From the NCBI RefSeq assembly GCF_025526975.1, contig NW_026515683.1:558001-622000 (forward strand): 64,000 nucleotides of DNA. Reading direction: 5' to 3'. Every line of letters begins with the position of its first letter. The stretch's first letter is position 1. The stretch comes from Fimicolochytrium jonesii. Its lineage: Eukaryota. The translations under genes and the position numbers were made by a program. The notes under the pieces were generated by a model that saw only the letters and a list, made by a program, of their open reading frames with translations, made no database searches and had not been told where the DNA came from. Below are positions 34,783 to 46,678 of the stretch, piece by piece.

Positions 34783-37700
34783 GACGGATGGATGGATTGA
34801 GCTTTGCGGTCCGTTTTCTGCTGCTGCTGCTGCTGCTTGCTTCGGGGCGACGACGTTTGCGACGAGAAGGATCTGCAGAAATATGGCAAAAGGAGTAGTA
34901 GAGTGATGCGAGACCGATTCCTCCGACAGCAAGAAGGCCTTATATACGACGGGATCAGCTATACGATATTGGTAAGAAATATTGTGCCAACCGATGAGAG
35001 GTTTGAGAGGTTTCAGAAGGCCATGGAAAAGAAAGAACGGGAGGCGACCTCCATATTCCTTTTTTCTTCCATGGCCTCCTGAAACCTTCTGTAGGATTAC
35101 GAATCCCTTCTTCCCCCATCTGGCCCTTCTGTAGGATTACGAATCGGTAAGTATTATGAATCCGTCATCGTGGGACAAGAGTGACGAGCGTCAAAAGGCC
35201 ATCTCTATTCCCCCCCATCACGCGTAGCGCGCAAGCATATAAAACATAACACGTACGCCCGTCCGAGAATCTCGCGAGTACTCCCTCAACTTTTATTCAC
35301 ATCCTACACTCTATACCCATCCTACATACTACACCTACAGTCAGTGTCCATAAAGCTCCGACCCCCCCAAGATTAAGTCAGAGTCGGCCCCCAGAGCAAA
35401 CAGCCCTAAGCCGTTGCCGTTGCCAAGATTGCGGAGCCTCCGACAAACACCCCAGCACTCGATGACGGCCGGGGTCTAGAGTAAGGCTCTAATCCCCGTA
35501 CTAAGGATGATGGGCTGCCGGCGTCCTTGTTGCCGTCGTTTGCCGGTGTCGCTGGCTGTCTGGTTGGCTGTTAGCTCTGCCTTTCGCTGGGAAACGCGCG
35601 ACTCGCTTTGTGAAACGGTCATTGAAATCAGTTGAAATCAATCATAGGGGGGTCGGAGCTTTATGGACACTGACTGTACATCTATACGCGTCCAATCACT
35701 ACTCTGCTCCTTCTCCACATCTGTCGGCCTCATCAATGAATAGCACTCCGGCACAGTGAGAAGTGATGGATGTTGTCTGAGAGCGGAAAGCCGAATGTCT
35801 ATGGTGGATGAGGTGACAAGAATTGGGTGCGTTACGTGGATTAAGAAGCATACCACGCGGACTCGAAAGGGGGGAACTACTGCTTGTATGAGGTTGTGTA
35901 AGGTAGTCCGGTATATATGCAACGAACTTGGTTAGGAACTCCCCTTCTAGCGGAAACTTTTTCGCAACGGAGGAATAGCTGCGGATCATCATGTCGACAG
36001 TACAGCCCGTAACCGGGGGGGATTGGGCTTCCTCAGGTGCAGGGAGTTATTGCCGGCTGTCATTTTCGAATACCGTCAATTGAGACGCGCTGTCGATTTT
36101 ACAAAGTCCGCGTCGCCTGAGTCACGGGATCGAGGGCAAAGAAAATCGGCCCAGCGAACGACTATAAAAGGGGACCTGGGAACATTCTCGTCCATCCCCA
36201 AAGATCTTGACCCTCTGGAGGCCTCAAGGAAGCGCTTTTACTCCTTGGAACTGGACCAGACCAGCTTTGCACCCACCCGACGATATGGCTGGCCGCCATC
36301 TTTGGATGCTCCTTCTGGTGGCTGCGAAACAAGGTCCGGTCGGTAACGAAAGCATTAGCGTCTCCCAACCCCACTCTTGAGGTTATTGAACCGCACGCTC
36401 CATACCGCACCCCAATGCTGCCAAGCATCCTTCGCTTCAAGAGAGCTTGCTCTTCTTGGTTCGGAGTCAATGATCTTGTGCTATAGCCTGCGCGGACTAG
36501 GAAGCAAAAGCGAAAAATGACTCTTTCCACGCGGTATCCGGTTGTGCTTTTCTTTCGGGGAAAGGACAGTAGTCCGGCTTTCTGCACTAATTTGGGTCTT
36601 ACAATCACACGTTTTCCCCCGCCCTTGTGTTGAGAACGATCCTTTTTGAAAGGTTTCCATGGCCTAGCCAGCCTTCGCCCGATGCCTCCGTTGGGCCTGA
36701 GGCTTACCTGCCTTGTACGGGGTGCCAGCATCTATAAATCTCAATGGATTCTCCACAGTTGTCTCTCAAGCAGAGAATGCGTACAGGTTTGATGGGTCCG
36801 ATTTGACATGAGCGCAAATTGGGCCGCTGCGTAATCGAAATCCTCAAGTAAAAACGATGATCATAATGTTGATGTATGATGATTTTTGGTGATGAGCGGC
36901 GTTGGCAACTTGGCAACGCGGGGGCGGACATCCCCCCTCCACGGAAAATTGACAGAAACCTCGTCCGACTCGGGAGGTTCAGCCATGTCGTGTCGGTGTG
37001 CGTGGCCGGGAGTGTTCAGTGCGCAACGCGGATATCTCCCTCGATGCGCTAGATGCGAGGTGTTCTAAGGATGTGTAAGGAGGGGGATTGCCGTACCCTT
37101 TCACATCACACGTAACAGAGCTGCGATTCATGATAAGGGCCATGTTCACGGGGTTTGTGAGTTGTGCTGAGGCGTATACGGGACAGTTTTGACATGAGGG
37201 CCGTTCCGAGTGTTCAGTCGACTCTCTGACGACGGTTGGCGGTGAAATCACACACGGAGGAAAGGTGGTTCAATGCGAGTGGCGATGAGAACGTGCATGG
37301 GGTGTGGACGGCAAATCGGGATAGGGCAGGAGGAAGGGACAGTGAGTGAAGAGGGATCGACGGGCGAGTCAGTTCCGTTGTAGTATTCACCGCCCGCCAC
37401 TTGGTAGTAGTCCCTTTGCCCGCTGTGGCCATCCGCGAAATTGACGCGGAGAGACCAGAAGCCATCATCCCAGCGGCTTCAAGGTCCCACGCCGCCCCCC
37501 CCCTGTTATTTCATTAGAACCCATATTAGGGACACGGCGTATTACACTCAACCCAGAACCGTCTCTCATTACTTGGCAACTTTCCCACCCCATACCCCAT
37601 CGTCCTCACAAAGGCCTGAGCCGCAAGCACTCCCGCCAGGCCCCACGGTTCCCATATCGCCGCATTCTACGTCATATCCGGAACTTCCACACAAAGATAG

Positions 37701-38187
37701 TCTGCGGAGAGCTCGGATATCCGTCGCTGGTGGTCTGCGCCAGCAAACAGGTTTGAAGGCACTACTCACCGCAAACCACTGCGTCTGTCAGTCGGAAGAT
37801 ATACATCCCTTCTACGCCTGCTCGTTTGCCTGGTCGGAAAGGTATGCTTCCATGTAGAGTCGATTCTGACACTGGCAAAGTGCAAAACAATTGACAACAG
37901 CGTCCACCCGCAGACAGCGTTCTTATCCGTCGAGCTGCTATTCGGAACCGACAGCTGAACTCTCGTACGGAAGGGGTTTCTTCGCAGCACAGCAAGACTG
38001 CCCTTGCTTAGACTTGGGAGCGTGAAATTGCAATATTCCCACGGTACTCTACAATTGCAACGGACTGTCGTGGCTTGAGGAGGGGTCCGTGGGCCGGGAG
38101 CGAGATTGGTTCACATCCGGCGGGCCCGCTGGATATCCGCTGCAGAGCTGGAGTCAAGGGCTTCTTCCGAGCCCCTTTTGCTCAGCG

Positions 38188-40915
38188 ATGGCAACGGCGG
38201 GGATACGGAAGCGTAGATATGAGGAAGAGTTCTTTGAGCCGCCAGGCCCGTCAAACTACTATGCCGTCCCTACGACGTCCGCAGTGGTTTCGCCCACCAA
38301 TGGAGCAAGGAATGGGGGCTCGGACGTCATCCTAGTTCATTCGCAATCACCACCGGCGCCTCGGCCGCTACACGACCTTTCCTATTATGCGCAATCAGAT
38401 TCGCTCCTCCACTCGCCATACCGTTCATTACATCAAAACACACAAGCAGCACCACCACCGCGAAATCAACAGCACCTGTCTTCACAGAGAGAGCAGATGA
38501 ACCACGCATATCAGCAGATTTTACCCCCACCATCACCATCGTACGCCTACCCTGCCCCGGCAACCTCGCTGTACAGTCATATCCCGGTAGCGCAGGCGCC
38601 GCCACAGAATGTCTCAAAGTACCCGCAGCAGAACGATCCATACCCATCAGGTTGGTTCATGGTCTTTACTTCTGCAGGCTTTGCAGATATAGACAGATTG
38701 GCACGCGCAAGACACACCGACTAACTCATTACGCTTCTGCAGATGTATTATCGATGCTTCGTTACCCACAATACGCCCCACAGTACCTACCGCAATACCC
38801 TCCACAGCTCAACATTCCCTCGCACCTGTCCCTGTCGCAAACGGGCTACTCATCCGCACCATCCTCCGGGAATGGATACGCTCTACCATCGTCACCAGCC
38901 GAAAGCTCTCGCAGCTATGCAACGACCGCCGAATCTCACTCGCGTCAAAATAGCCCAAGTCTCCGTTTTCCACCGTATTCCCATCCTCAACAGCACCCAG
39001 CTGCTGCACTTTTACCCGTACCACAGTACCAGTATCGTCCCCTCCCACCGCCACCTCGGCAGTATCACCAGCGACTACCATCGGTTGAGCCTACTCTTCC
39101 ATCAATTATCGACTTGACACATTCTCCCCCGAATTCCACCCTCGAGAATCCGAGTAAGCGGCGGAAAACGGACGCATACTATGACCCGAGTACAGTACAG
39201 CAGCAGCAACAGCAGGTGCCGATATATCCGCAACCGTATCAACGGTTACAAGCCCCCTTACCCAAACCAGTGATTGAATCACCTGCTTATCAAATTGACA
39301 GTCCCAAGGTTTGTCTTTTCCGTCTCTTGTCCTGCTGGAAACTGGCGGTTTTGACCATCTGACGCGTTCGCATTGCTTAGGCTGCTGAACCATCATGCGC
39401 CGACAAGGACGGGCATTTCATCGTGACGATCAATGGTGACCTGACGTCTAGATGTAAGCAACGGTCTCATACGATCAATGCCGTCAGATGTGATTGGAAA
39501 CTAACATTTATGAAACTCAGACAAGATCCTGAAGCTACTTGGCCAGGGGACATTCGGCAGAGTAGTCGAGGCATTCGACCGTGTCACGACCAACCGCGTT
39601 GCGATTAAGATCATCCGTGCTGTGCAGAAATATCGTGATGCATCGAAAGTGGAAATCAGAGTGCTGAATACGCTACGGACGAACGATCCATACAACTCAA
39701 AGTAAGCATTGTACAATATCTGACATGTGTCAAGAAGGCCAGTCGTCTGACTTCGAAACCCTTGTAGGCAATGCATTCACTTACTGGAAACCTTCGACTT
39801 CCGCAACCACATCTGCATGGTCTTTGAGCTTCTGAGCCAAAGCGTGTTTGATTTCCTGAAGGACACTGGGTTCGTCCCGTTTCCGATCTTGCACACCAGG
39901 GATTTCGGATGGCAGATTCTGGAAGCTGTGGCGTTCTTGCACAGCCTTGAGTTGATTCACACGGATTTGAAGCCTGGTTAGTGGTTTGAAGCTGATGGGA
40001 ACTAGCGATGGGAGTTTGTTCTTACTTCCGTTGCGCTGTGCAGAAAACCTCATGCTAGAGAACAATGCAACAAAGATTGTGCCCGGGCCGAGGGTGAGTA
40101 TCTTATGTTACGAGACGTCACTTGCTTCATCTCCCGACAAAGGTTGGTCTCACACAATTCCGCATCTTTTAGAGAAACAGCAAGCCCCGCCGGGAACTCG
40201 TAACAACGAGACTACGGCTCATCGATTTCGGAAGCGCCATCTTTGAAGACGACTACCACAGTTCGGTGGTCAGCACACGACACTACCGCGCCCCGGAGAT
40301 CATCCTCTCGACTGGGTGGTCTTATCCTTGTGATATGGTGGGTTTTGTTAGAGATGTTGAAGTAGCAGCGACGATTGTTACTCACCTTCTTTGCCTTGCG
40401 TCCAGTGGTCGGTCGGATGCATATTGGTGGAGTTCTGTACTGGAGATGCGTTGTTCCAGACTCATGACAAGTATGTTCTCGGGTATTCCGGGAGCTTCGC
40501 GCAGGGCGCTCGACTGACCGGTTTCTTTTGCAGCCTGGAGCATCTAGCGTTGATGGAAGCTGTTCTGGGTCCATTTCCGGCGCATCTGGCACATAAGTTA
40601 GGGTAAGCTTATTCCTTTTGTCGAATGTCTGTTCCGGACAGCTTCGCTAAAATTGCGCTCAAAAACAGCACCAACAAATCCGGCGCCAAATATTTCAAAA
40701 ATGGCCGCCTGAACTGGCCGTCCGCAGAAACAACAAAGCAAAGCATCAAATACGTCGCGAAACAGAAATTGCTCCGCGACATCATCAACCCTAAAACGGA
40801 CCTCCAAGAAGCACTGCTGGATCTCATCCAGAAGATGCTCGTCTATGACCCGGCGGAACGTATATCGGCTGTCGATGCGCTTAAGCATCGGTTTTTTAGG
40901 CTTGCTGCGAGTTGA
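38188..40915 (+). CDS. LAMMER dual-specificity kinase (CLK/Kns1/Lkh1 family), multi-exon
   Basis: [55 protein letters not shown], and a P/Q/Y-rich N-terminus. Confidence 0.95.
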
Positions 40916-41801
40916 TACGAATCAGGCCACGCAGTCATTTCGAGCTTTGCTGAAGCTCCACGCTCCCGGGGTGTCTTGTTTTGTGGGTGCGGACCCACAT
41001 CAGAGCATCAATACGCCAGTACGCGGACAATCTCTATAAGGCCGACTCTTCAGCGGAGTACACTACCAGGGGCTCACATGTTTCTGGTAGGGCCCCTCCA
41101 CTCCCCTCCTGCACCGTCCCCTAGCGCCACCACCTGAACACATGATGCACCCTTCGCGTCCACTGCCTGCCTCACACATTTATCCCAGGGCTGGACCAAC
41201 AGTTCGCTCACTCCGATCCCCTTGTCAATAAAACGATCATACCTGCGAATCTGCGAATCTGACAGACCCTGACACCCTGGAATCAATCTTCGTCGGTTTC
41301 GCTTTCGTTACACCACCAATCGTACGCGCCGAAACAGCAGCGCGTCCACGACACAAAGATAGGATAGTCTCCTTACACCACCGCATCATGCGATCCACCT
41401 TTACAATTTTTCCCACGGGTCGTGCATGTCTTTTTCTTATACGCATTTTTGGTTTTGGAAGTCCTTGTGGAGGGGCGTTGAATATATATACGATTTTCTG
41501 TCCGTTTCTTCCTCTTTTCATGATCTTGCATGGATGTCTAAGCGACTTTTGAGTGCAATTTCTTGGCCGCTCAATGGCGGGTAGTTTTGGTGTGCTGGCT
41601 CCGCCAACAAGTCTTCGATGTGTTACGGACCAAGTACGGACGCAGATATGCAGGACGCTGCCATCTTGCGTTATGCCCAGTTCACATTATGTATGAAACA
41701 TCTGTGCATCAACAACTATGCAGGACCACGCAGCCCTGTAACATCCATCGGACAACTCACCACCAATAAAATATTCGTCCCAAGCTCTCACTCCATAAAG
41801 C

Positions 41802-43341
41802 TTAGTACGCAACCCTCAAACTCTGCTTCCGACCCGCACCCCTCCTGTCTGCCCCACCAACCCTCCCACTCGGCCTCAAAGTCGGCCTCCGATCAATCTG
41901 AAACGTCGTCTTCCTCGGCGAAGGCGGCCTCTCCCTATCCTCCATCCCACCCGCCCACTCTCCCACCCTGTCAACACTCGGCGTCTTCCTCGGCTCCCGC
42001 TCCCTCTCCTCCTCATACTCCCCCCCCTCCTCGCCTTCCTGATACCCCACATCCTCCTCCCTCCACCCCCCCTCACCGACGAACCCCGCAAAAAACTTCT
42101 CCTCAATCTCCTGGATATCGCCGTCCAGATCCTCGCCCAGCAGCATCTGATGCGCCTCGGTGAGGATCTCGAGCGCCTGCGCGTGGTAGTTCATTTCGTT
42201 CCAGAGAAACTCGCCGAGCGAGGTGCGCAGGTCCGCGCGCTTTGTGGATTCGAAGCGGTGCACGCTATCGAGCAAGGCGGTGGTTACGTTGGAGGTGTCG
42301 GTGTGGGCGGAGGTGAGTTCGAGTTGGGTCTGGGGGTAAAGGAAGTGTTAGCTTTCGGGTTTGTGCCAGAGCGTCGCGATATGCGGCCTCCATTGGCCGT
42401 CCAGATGAGAGTTCAAACCTGGTTCTGCGAGGATCGAAACAGAAGAAACAATAGGGGAGGAGGTGTTAGCCTGTGCCTGCGTCTTTCAGAGAGGCCCATT
42501 ATGGGAACAAAACCTACGATTTTCGTCCGGTTCGTGCCTTCCTTAATCACAGTCTTATCGAACGCCTCCTGCTTCTGGTGCTCCTTCTTCATCGCTACTT
42601 CGCGGGCTTTGACCTCGTTCTGGTCATAGATATATTGAGAATCTCTTCATGCGGATGAAAGATGGCGGGCGTCGTGCGAGCAAGCCCTACCTTCATCTTG
42701 CTACAATGCATCTACCGAACGCATCAGCCATCCCCAACGTTAGTCAAGCATTCCGAGATCAGAACTCCACGAACTCAAGGCACCCGTTCTGTCCCATCTC
42801 GCCTACCGAATACAGCTTCAAAGGCTCCTGCGACAAGATATTGATCCGCGTCGTCGCATTCTCCCTCGCCACTTCGCGCTCCGTCAGCAGCTCCGAGATG
42901 CTCGCGAGCACCCCCGACAGCGTCGGCGCCTCGCTTTCGGAGTAGATCTTGAGGACTACAGCCAGTTTGAGGGATTTGCGGCGGAGACCTGTGTGGTGGA
43001 GATGGGAGTATGAGTACTGGAGACTAGGAGAGCGGATTGATGAGAGAGGGGTGTACGTACGTTCTTGGTTCCGTAAATATCCGGCTAGCGTTTGGCGCAA
43101 GCTTGCCATGTTGCGCTCTGATGATTAGGAGGAAGATTTTATATGAGCCGCAGAAGTTTTCTTTTCAAGAGATCGTAAAGCAGCTCATAGGACCTTACCT
43201 GTATCTCTGATAGTTCGCTGGATGAACTGCGAGGTCTCATCGCTGCAAACGTCAGATTAGATCATGAATTCATTGCGCATTCCCGTAACAATACCAGCTT
43301 GGCGACAACTGTACTAACCTGCCTGACTTTGCGGACGCCAT
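41802..43341 (-). CDS. FAM92/CIBAR-family BAR-domain protein (ciliary), multi-exon
   Basis: LRRKSLKLA..L..YSE.E.PTL, EPLKLY, and FE..KR.DL...L.EF...EM.YHAQALE..T.AHQ, which is the FAM92 C-terminal BAR helix pattern. Confidence 0.75.
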
Positions 43342-43759
43342 ATTGGGATGATGGAACTGTGGTGCTAACGGATCGTTCGCTGTTGTAGAAAAGCGGCGGG
43401 GTTTGATCTCTGAGGTGGTATGTTGGGTGTCGTTGGTGAGATTAGATTGACAGCACGAATTGGGAGATCGACAGCGCGTCTTGGGTTACGTAAGGCATTT
43501 TCCGCGTTTCCGACGGAAGGGTGCTCCTGTCGACAGGTTTTGGCTAGTGTTGTCTCTTCAAATTTTGGAATTGGCATTCTACGAGGTACTCTGTATCAAT
43601 TTTGGTCACCAGGATAGGGGCCGATTTTTCATTCGAGGGGTCATCGCCATTTTTTCCGTTTGCGGTTTTGGGTAGGGCAGATCCGCCGAAGAAGATATGA
43701 CATAAACCGATGGGAAGAGGCCCACCTTCCTGTTGCCTTTCGTCTACATGTATGAATCC

Positions 43760-44890
43760 CAGAGTGTTCCCGCTCCCAGATCTCGGCCATTATCTAATTA
43801 AGAGTGGAAGGCTCCCTTGTGTGCTTGTATGCGCTCTCGGCGGGTTTGGGACTACACGAGCTTTCATAGTACTCGGCGGAATAGAGCTTAGAGCCGCCTT
43901 TATGCTGGCTTCTGCCTCTCATGGGTCCAAATACCAGCTTCGACTGTAGATGATCTGGTAAAGGCAGTGTGCGGGCTTTACAACCCATTGCGGCCAAAGG
44001 CCATCCATCCCAGACGACCACGACCGATGTCCCAGGCTGTTCCCCGTGACGTTTCTGGTTTATTTGCGTCAAACTGTCCGCAAACTCTTCGAAGCATGCT
44101 TCTTTCACATACATAGATCTGACTTCCTCGATCAAGGCCACCGTGATGATCAGAAAGCCGGTTGCTCCTGTGCTCCATACCTTTCCTTTCGGCGCATTGC
44201 AAGACTGCAGATTGGAGTGAACGAGTTCGCTTTGTGAGTTGTGCTACTGAAACACCCTTTCTTAGTGAGCTCGCTTGAACTTCACGCTTGAAATTTTTAG
44301 CTCCCACTTGGGTCATGTTGCTATTTCCGGAATCCTTTTCCTTCCCACTTGGGTCGTATTGCTTTTTCTGAAATCCTTTTCCTTGTGCGGGAATGCCAAC
44401 TTGATCGGGAGAACTCGCATAGTACGCCGGACAGGAGGTATATAATACATCCCGTAGATCCATGTGGACCTGTGAACTCGACCGGAGTGAAGAACAGCGC
44501 CGTCAGTACGTAGGTCAGCGAATTTCGTAACTTCTCCCAACAAGATGTCAGACCGTCCGCAAAAGGACCCCGCTTGCGATGAGGCCATTCAGATTCAGCT
44601 TGCTGGCGACATGCCGCCTGCAATGCGCACAATGGAAGAGATTCTGGCAGCCCCTCCGTATTCCGGCCCTTGGCCCACGAAAAACCACCAAGTCTCTTGA
44701 CCACAGGTACGTAAAGATGCACCCTCTGAGCTGTCGAAAAACGCGAGTAAACAGATGCGAACAGCAAGGCGGCGCCTTCACTGAGCTGTCGAAAAATGGT
44801 GCGCTGCGACTGCGACTGGCAGGTTGGCTGCAGGTGTGCTCTCTTTGGGCCTTCCGCCAAGTTCCATCTCTTGCCTTTCATTGCTCGCAA
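43760..44890 (-). pseudogene. Possible decayed Fanzor1/TnpB-like nuclease remnant
   Basis: Colinear fragments across frameshifts: LRTDGAVLH, ACFEEFADSL, SVVVVWDG, AEYYESSCSP, MAEIW. Confidence 0.35.
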
Positions 44891-45503
44891 CCTTCTGATA
44901 CGTACTCATCCCGACTCCTCTTTCCTTCTTCTCGTTTGCTATCTCCCTTCCTCGCCACCCGTTCCCTGTTCATCGCCATCACTTCCTTCTCTCGCTTACC
45001 CTCTCCAAAATGTTCGAACAACTCGGAAATCGACCAAAAACAAATCGCTCGCTGCTATCAACACTGTGCGACGCAAAACCCTCGAACAGGTTGTGGGCAG
45101 GCCTTAAGTTGGCCCGCTCTTAACGTTGCCAGCTGGAACGGTGAGCAGCTTATCTTTGTTCGTTTGGACGGCAATGTAGGCTTTCTAACACGTCAGCTCG
45201 AAAGACTTCGGCTTCCATTGTGAGTTTGCCAGAGCTCACCGCAGGAGGTTGGCCTGGCCCTGCCACTGCCGTATGGCCAGTGGATCGCAACGGGGCGGCG
45301 ACTGGCCCGGGAATCACCACAACCGTCACCGTGGGCCTTTAACTCTTTTGGCAGATTATCAATGACGACCGATGCATGATACCATATCAAATGCATTGCA
45401 CTCCTGGTGTCAACCCCCTCCGGCCCGAGCCCGTCACCCTCCCTAATTCGGTACGTTGGGAGAAAACTCTGTGATACAAATTGAGCTTCATCATTGACAC
45501 TGC

Positions 45504-46273
45504 TTATATCAGACGCCTAGGACCCCATTGTGGTTGCGGAACACCATTCTGGCCAACCTTCCGAATATCCGAGTCGAGCGAGGGACTATTGACGGCATTG
45601 TCATGGAGTCTGCGCTGAACACCGCGGTCGGTGGTCGATGCGACATCCTCATCGATCCCGATTTCTACATCAAGCTGATCTCCGCGGTTGACCCTACGGA
45701 ACAATTGTAGTTAGCCATCCTTTTCGCCATAAAGTTGATGCACGAGATTGGCCATATTTTAATGTTTAGGTAAGTGACCTAAATGGTTGATGGTCCGAAG
45801 GTTAGCGCCCACTAATTCAACCTGACAGAGTTGGCTTCAATGCTGCAGTGCAAGCAAACGGTGCGGGATATATAACCCCGAAGGGTAGTCTTGAGAGAGA
45901 AGCGGGCGATGCTTGGGAGATGATGATCTTTGACGGCATTCTTTATCCTTTCTCCGCGGCTCAGAGAACATTGAGCGCATATTCACCAACACCACAGGGA
46001 ACGAGCGGGCTTGTGTTGTGGAAGAAGGCTGATGGAGTCAGCTATCTTGTACCCTTGACTTGGGCTCAGAACCTGGTGACTGCCGCATGGTGGTCCACCC
46101 AAGCCACCTTTACCTTCAGCGCTGAGGCTTCCATTCCTGTGGACGAAACATTCCTCGTGGGGAACCAGACGGAGCACGTTAAGAAGCTCCCGCGCCGGAG
46201 TCAGTTGAGTCCACGTGCTATCGCAGCTGTCGCTCCTGTGACCTCCCCGGCCCTGCGGTGCGTAGGTCCGTGA
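45504..46273 (+). pseudogene. Zincin-like (HExxH) protein pseudogene
   Basis: IKLMHEIGH, intron at ~45770-45828, then TP...L..EAGDAWE...FDG; in-frame TAG at 45708. Partial paralogous copy at ~50905-50990. Confidence 0.55.
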
Positions 46274-46559
46274 GGATCAGCGCCAGAGGTGAAAACGGTA
46301 TCTTCAGCGTTTTCGGAAGTCGGTATCGATATATATAGCCCATGCTTTGCTGCATGACAACGGAAGGAAATGAAGAGAATGAACTATATGATCTTGTGAC
46401 GGTTCGATACTGGACAGCCTATGGATCATTCAGTTCGTGCCCTTCATTCTATATACGTAGCATTTCTCTTAACTTTTTGGCTACTTAATGTTCAAACGAC
46501 GACAAACTTGATAGGGCCAACGCGAATACAGCGCCCGACCTCGAACATCATTATATGTA

Positions 46560-46678
46560 GGTAGTTGCTAACGACGCTATCCATATTTGCTATCCACGTA
46601 ACCGAGAGAGACTAATGTTGAACCACTCAAATTATGTAATGTTAAGTGGAGGGTGGGGTAGCGTCGTTAGCAATTCCC
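46560..46678. mobile_element. 119-bp MITE with ~23-bp TIRs and 8-bp TSD (Merlin-like termini)
   Basis: Left TIR GGTAGTTGCTAACGACGCTA; right TIR (reverse complement) GGGAATTGCTAACGACGCTA; TSD TATATGTA at 46552-46559 and 46679-46686. Confidence 0.85.

Noticed and set aside
35085..35145. 21-bp direct repeat CCTTCTGTAGGATTACGAATC with a 19-bp spacer
   Set aside because: Only two copies with no associated element; likely a local duplication.
35600..38100. Several 60-190-aa ORFs upstream of the LAMMER kinase
   Set aside because: No motifs or coding-like composition; likely long promoter/5' UTR.
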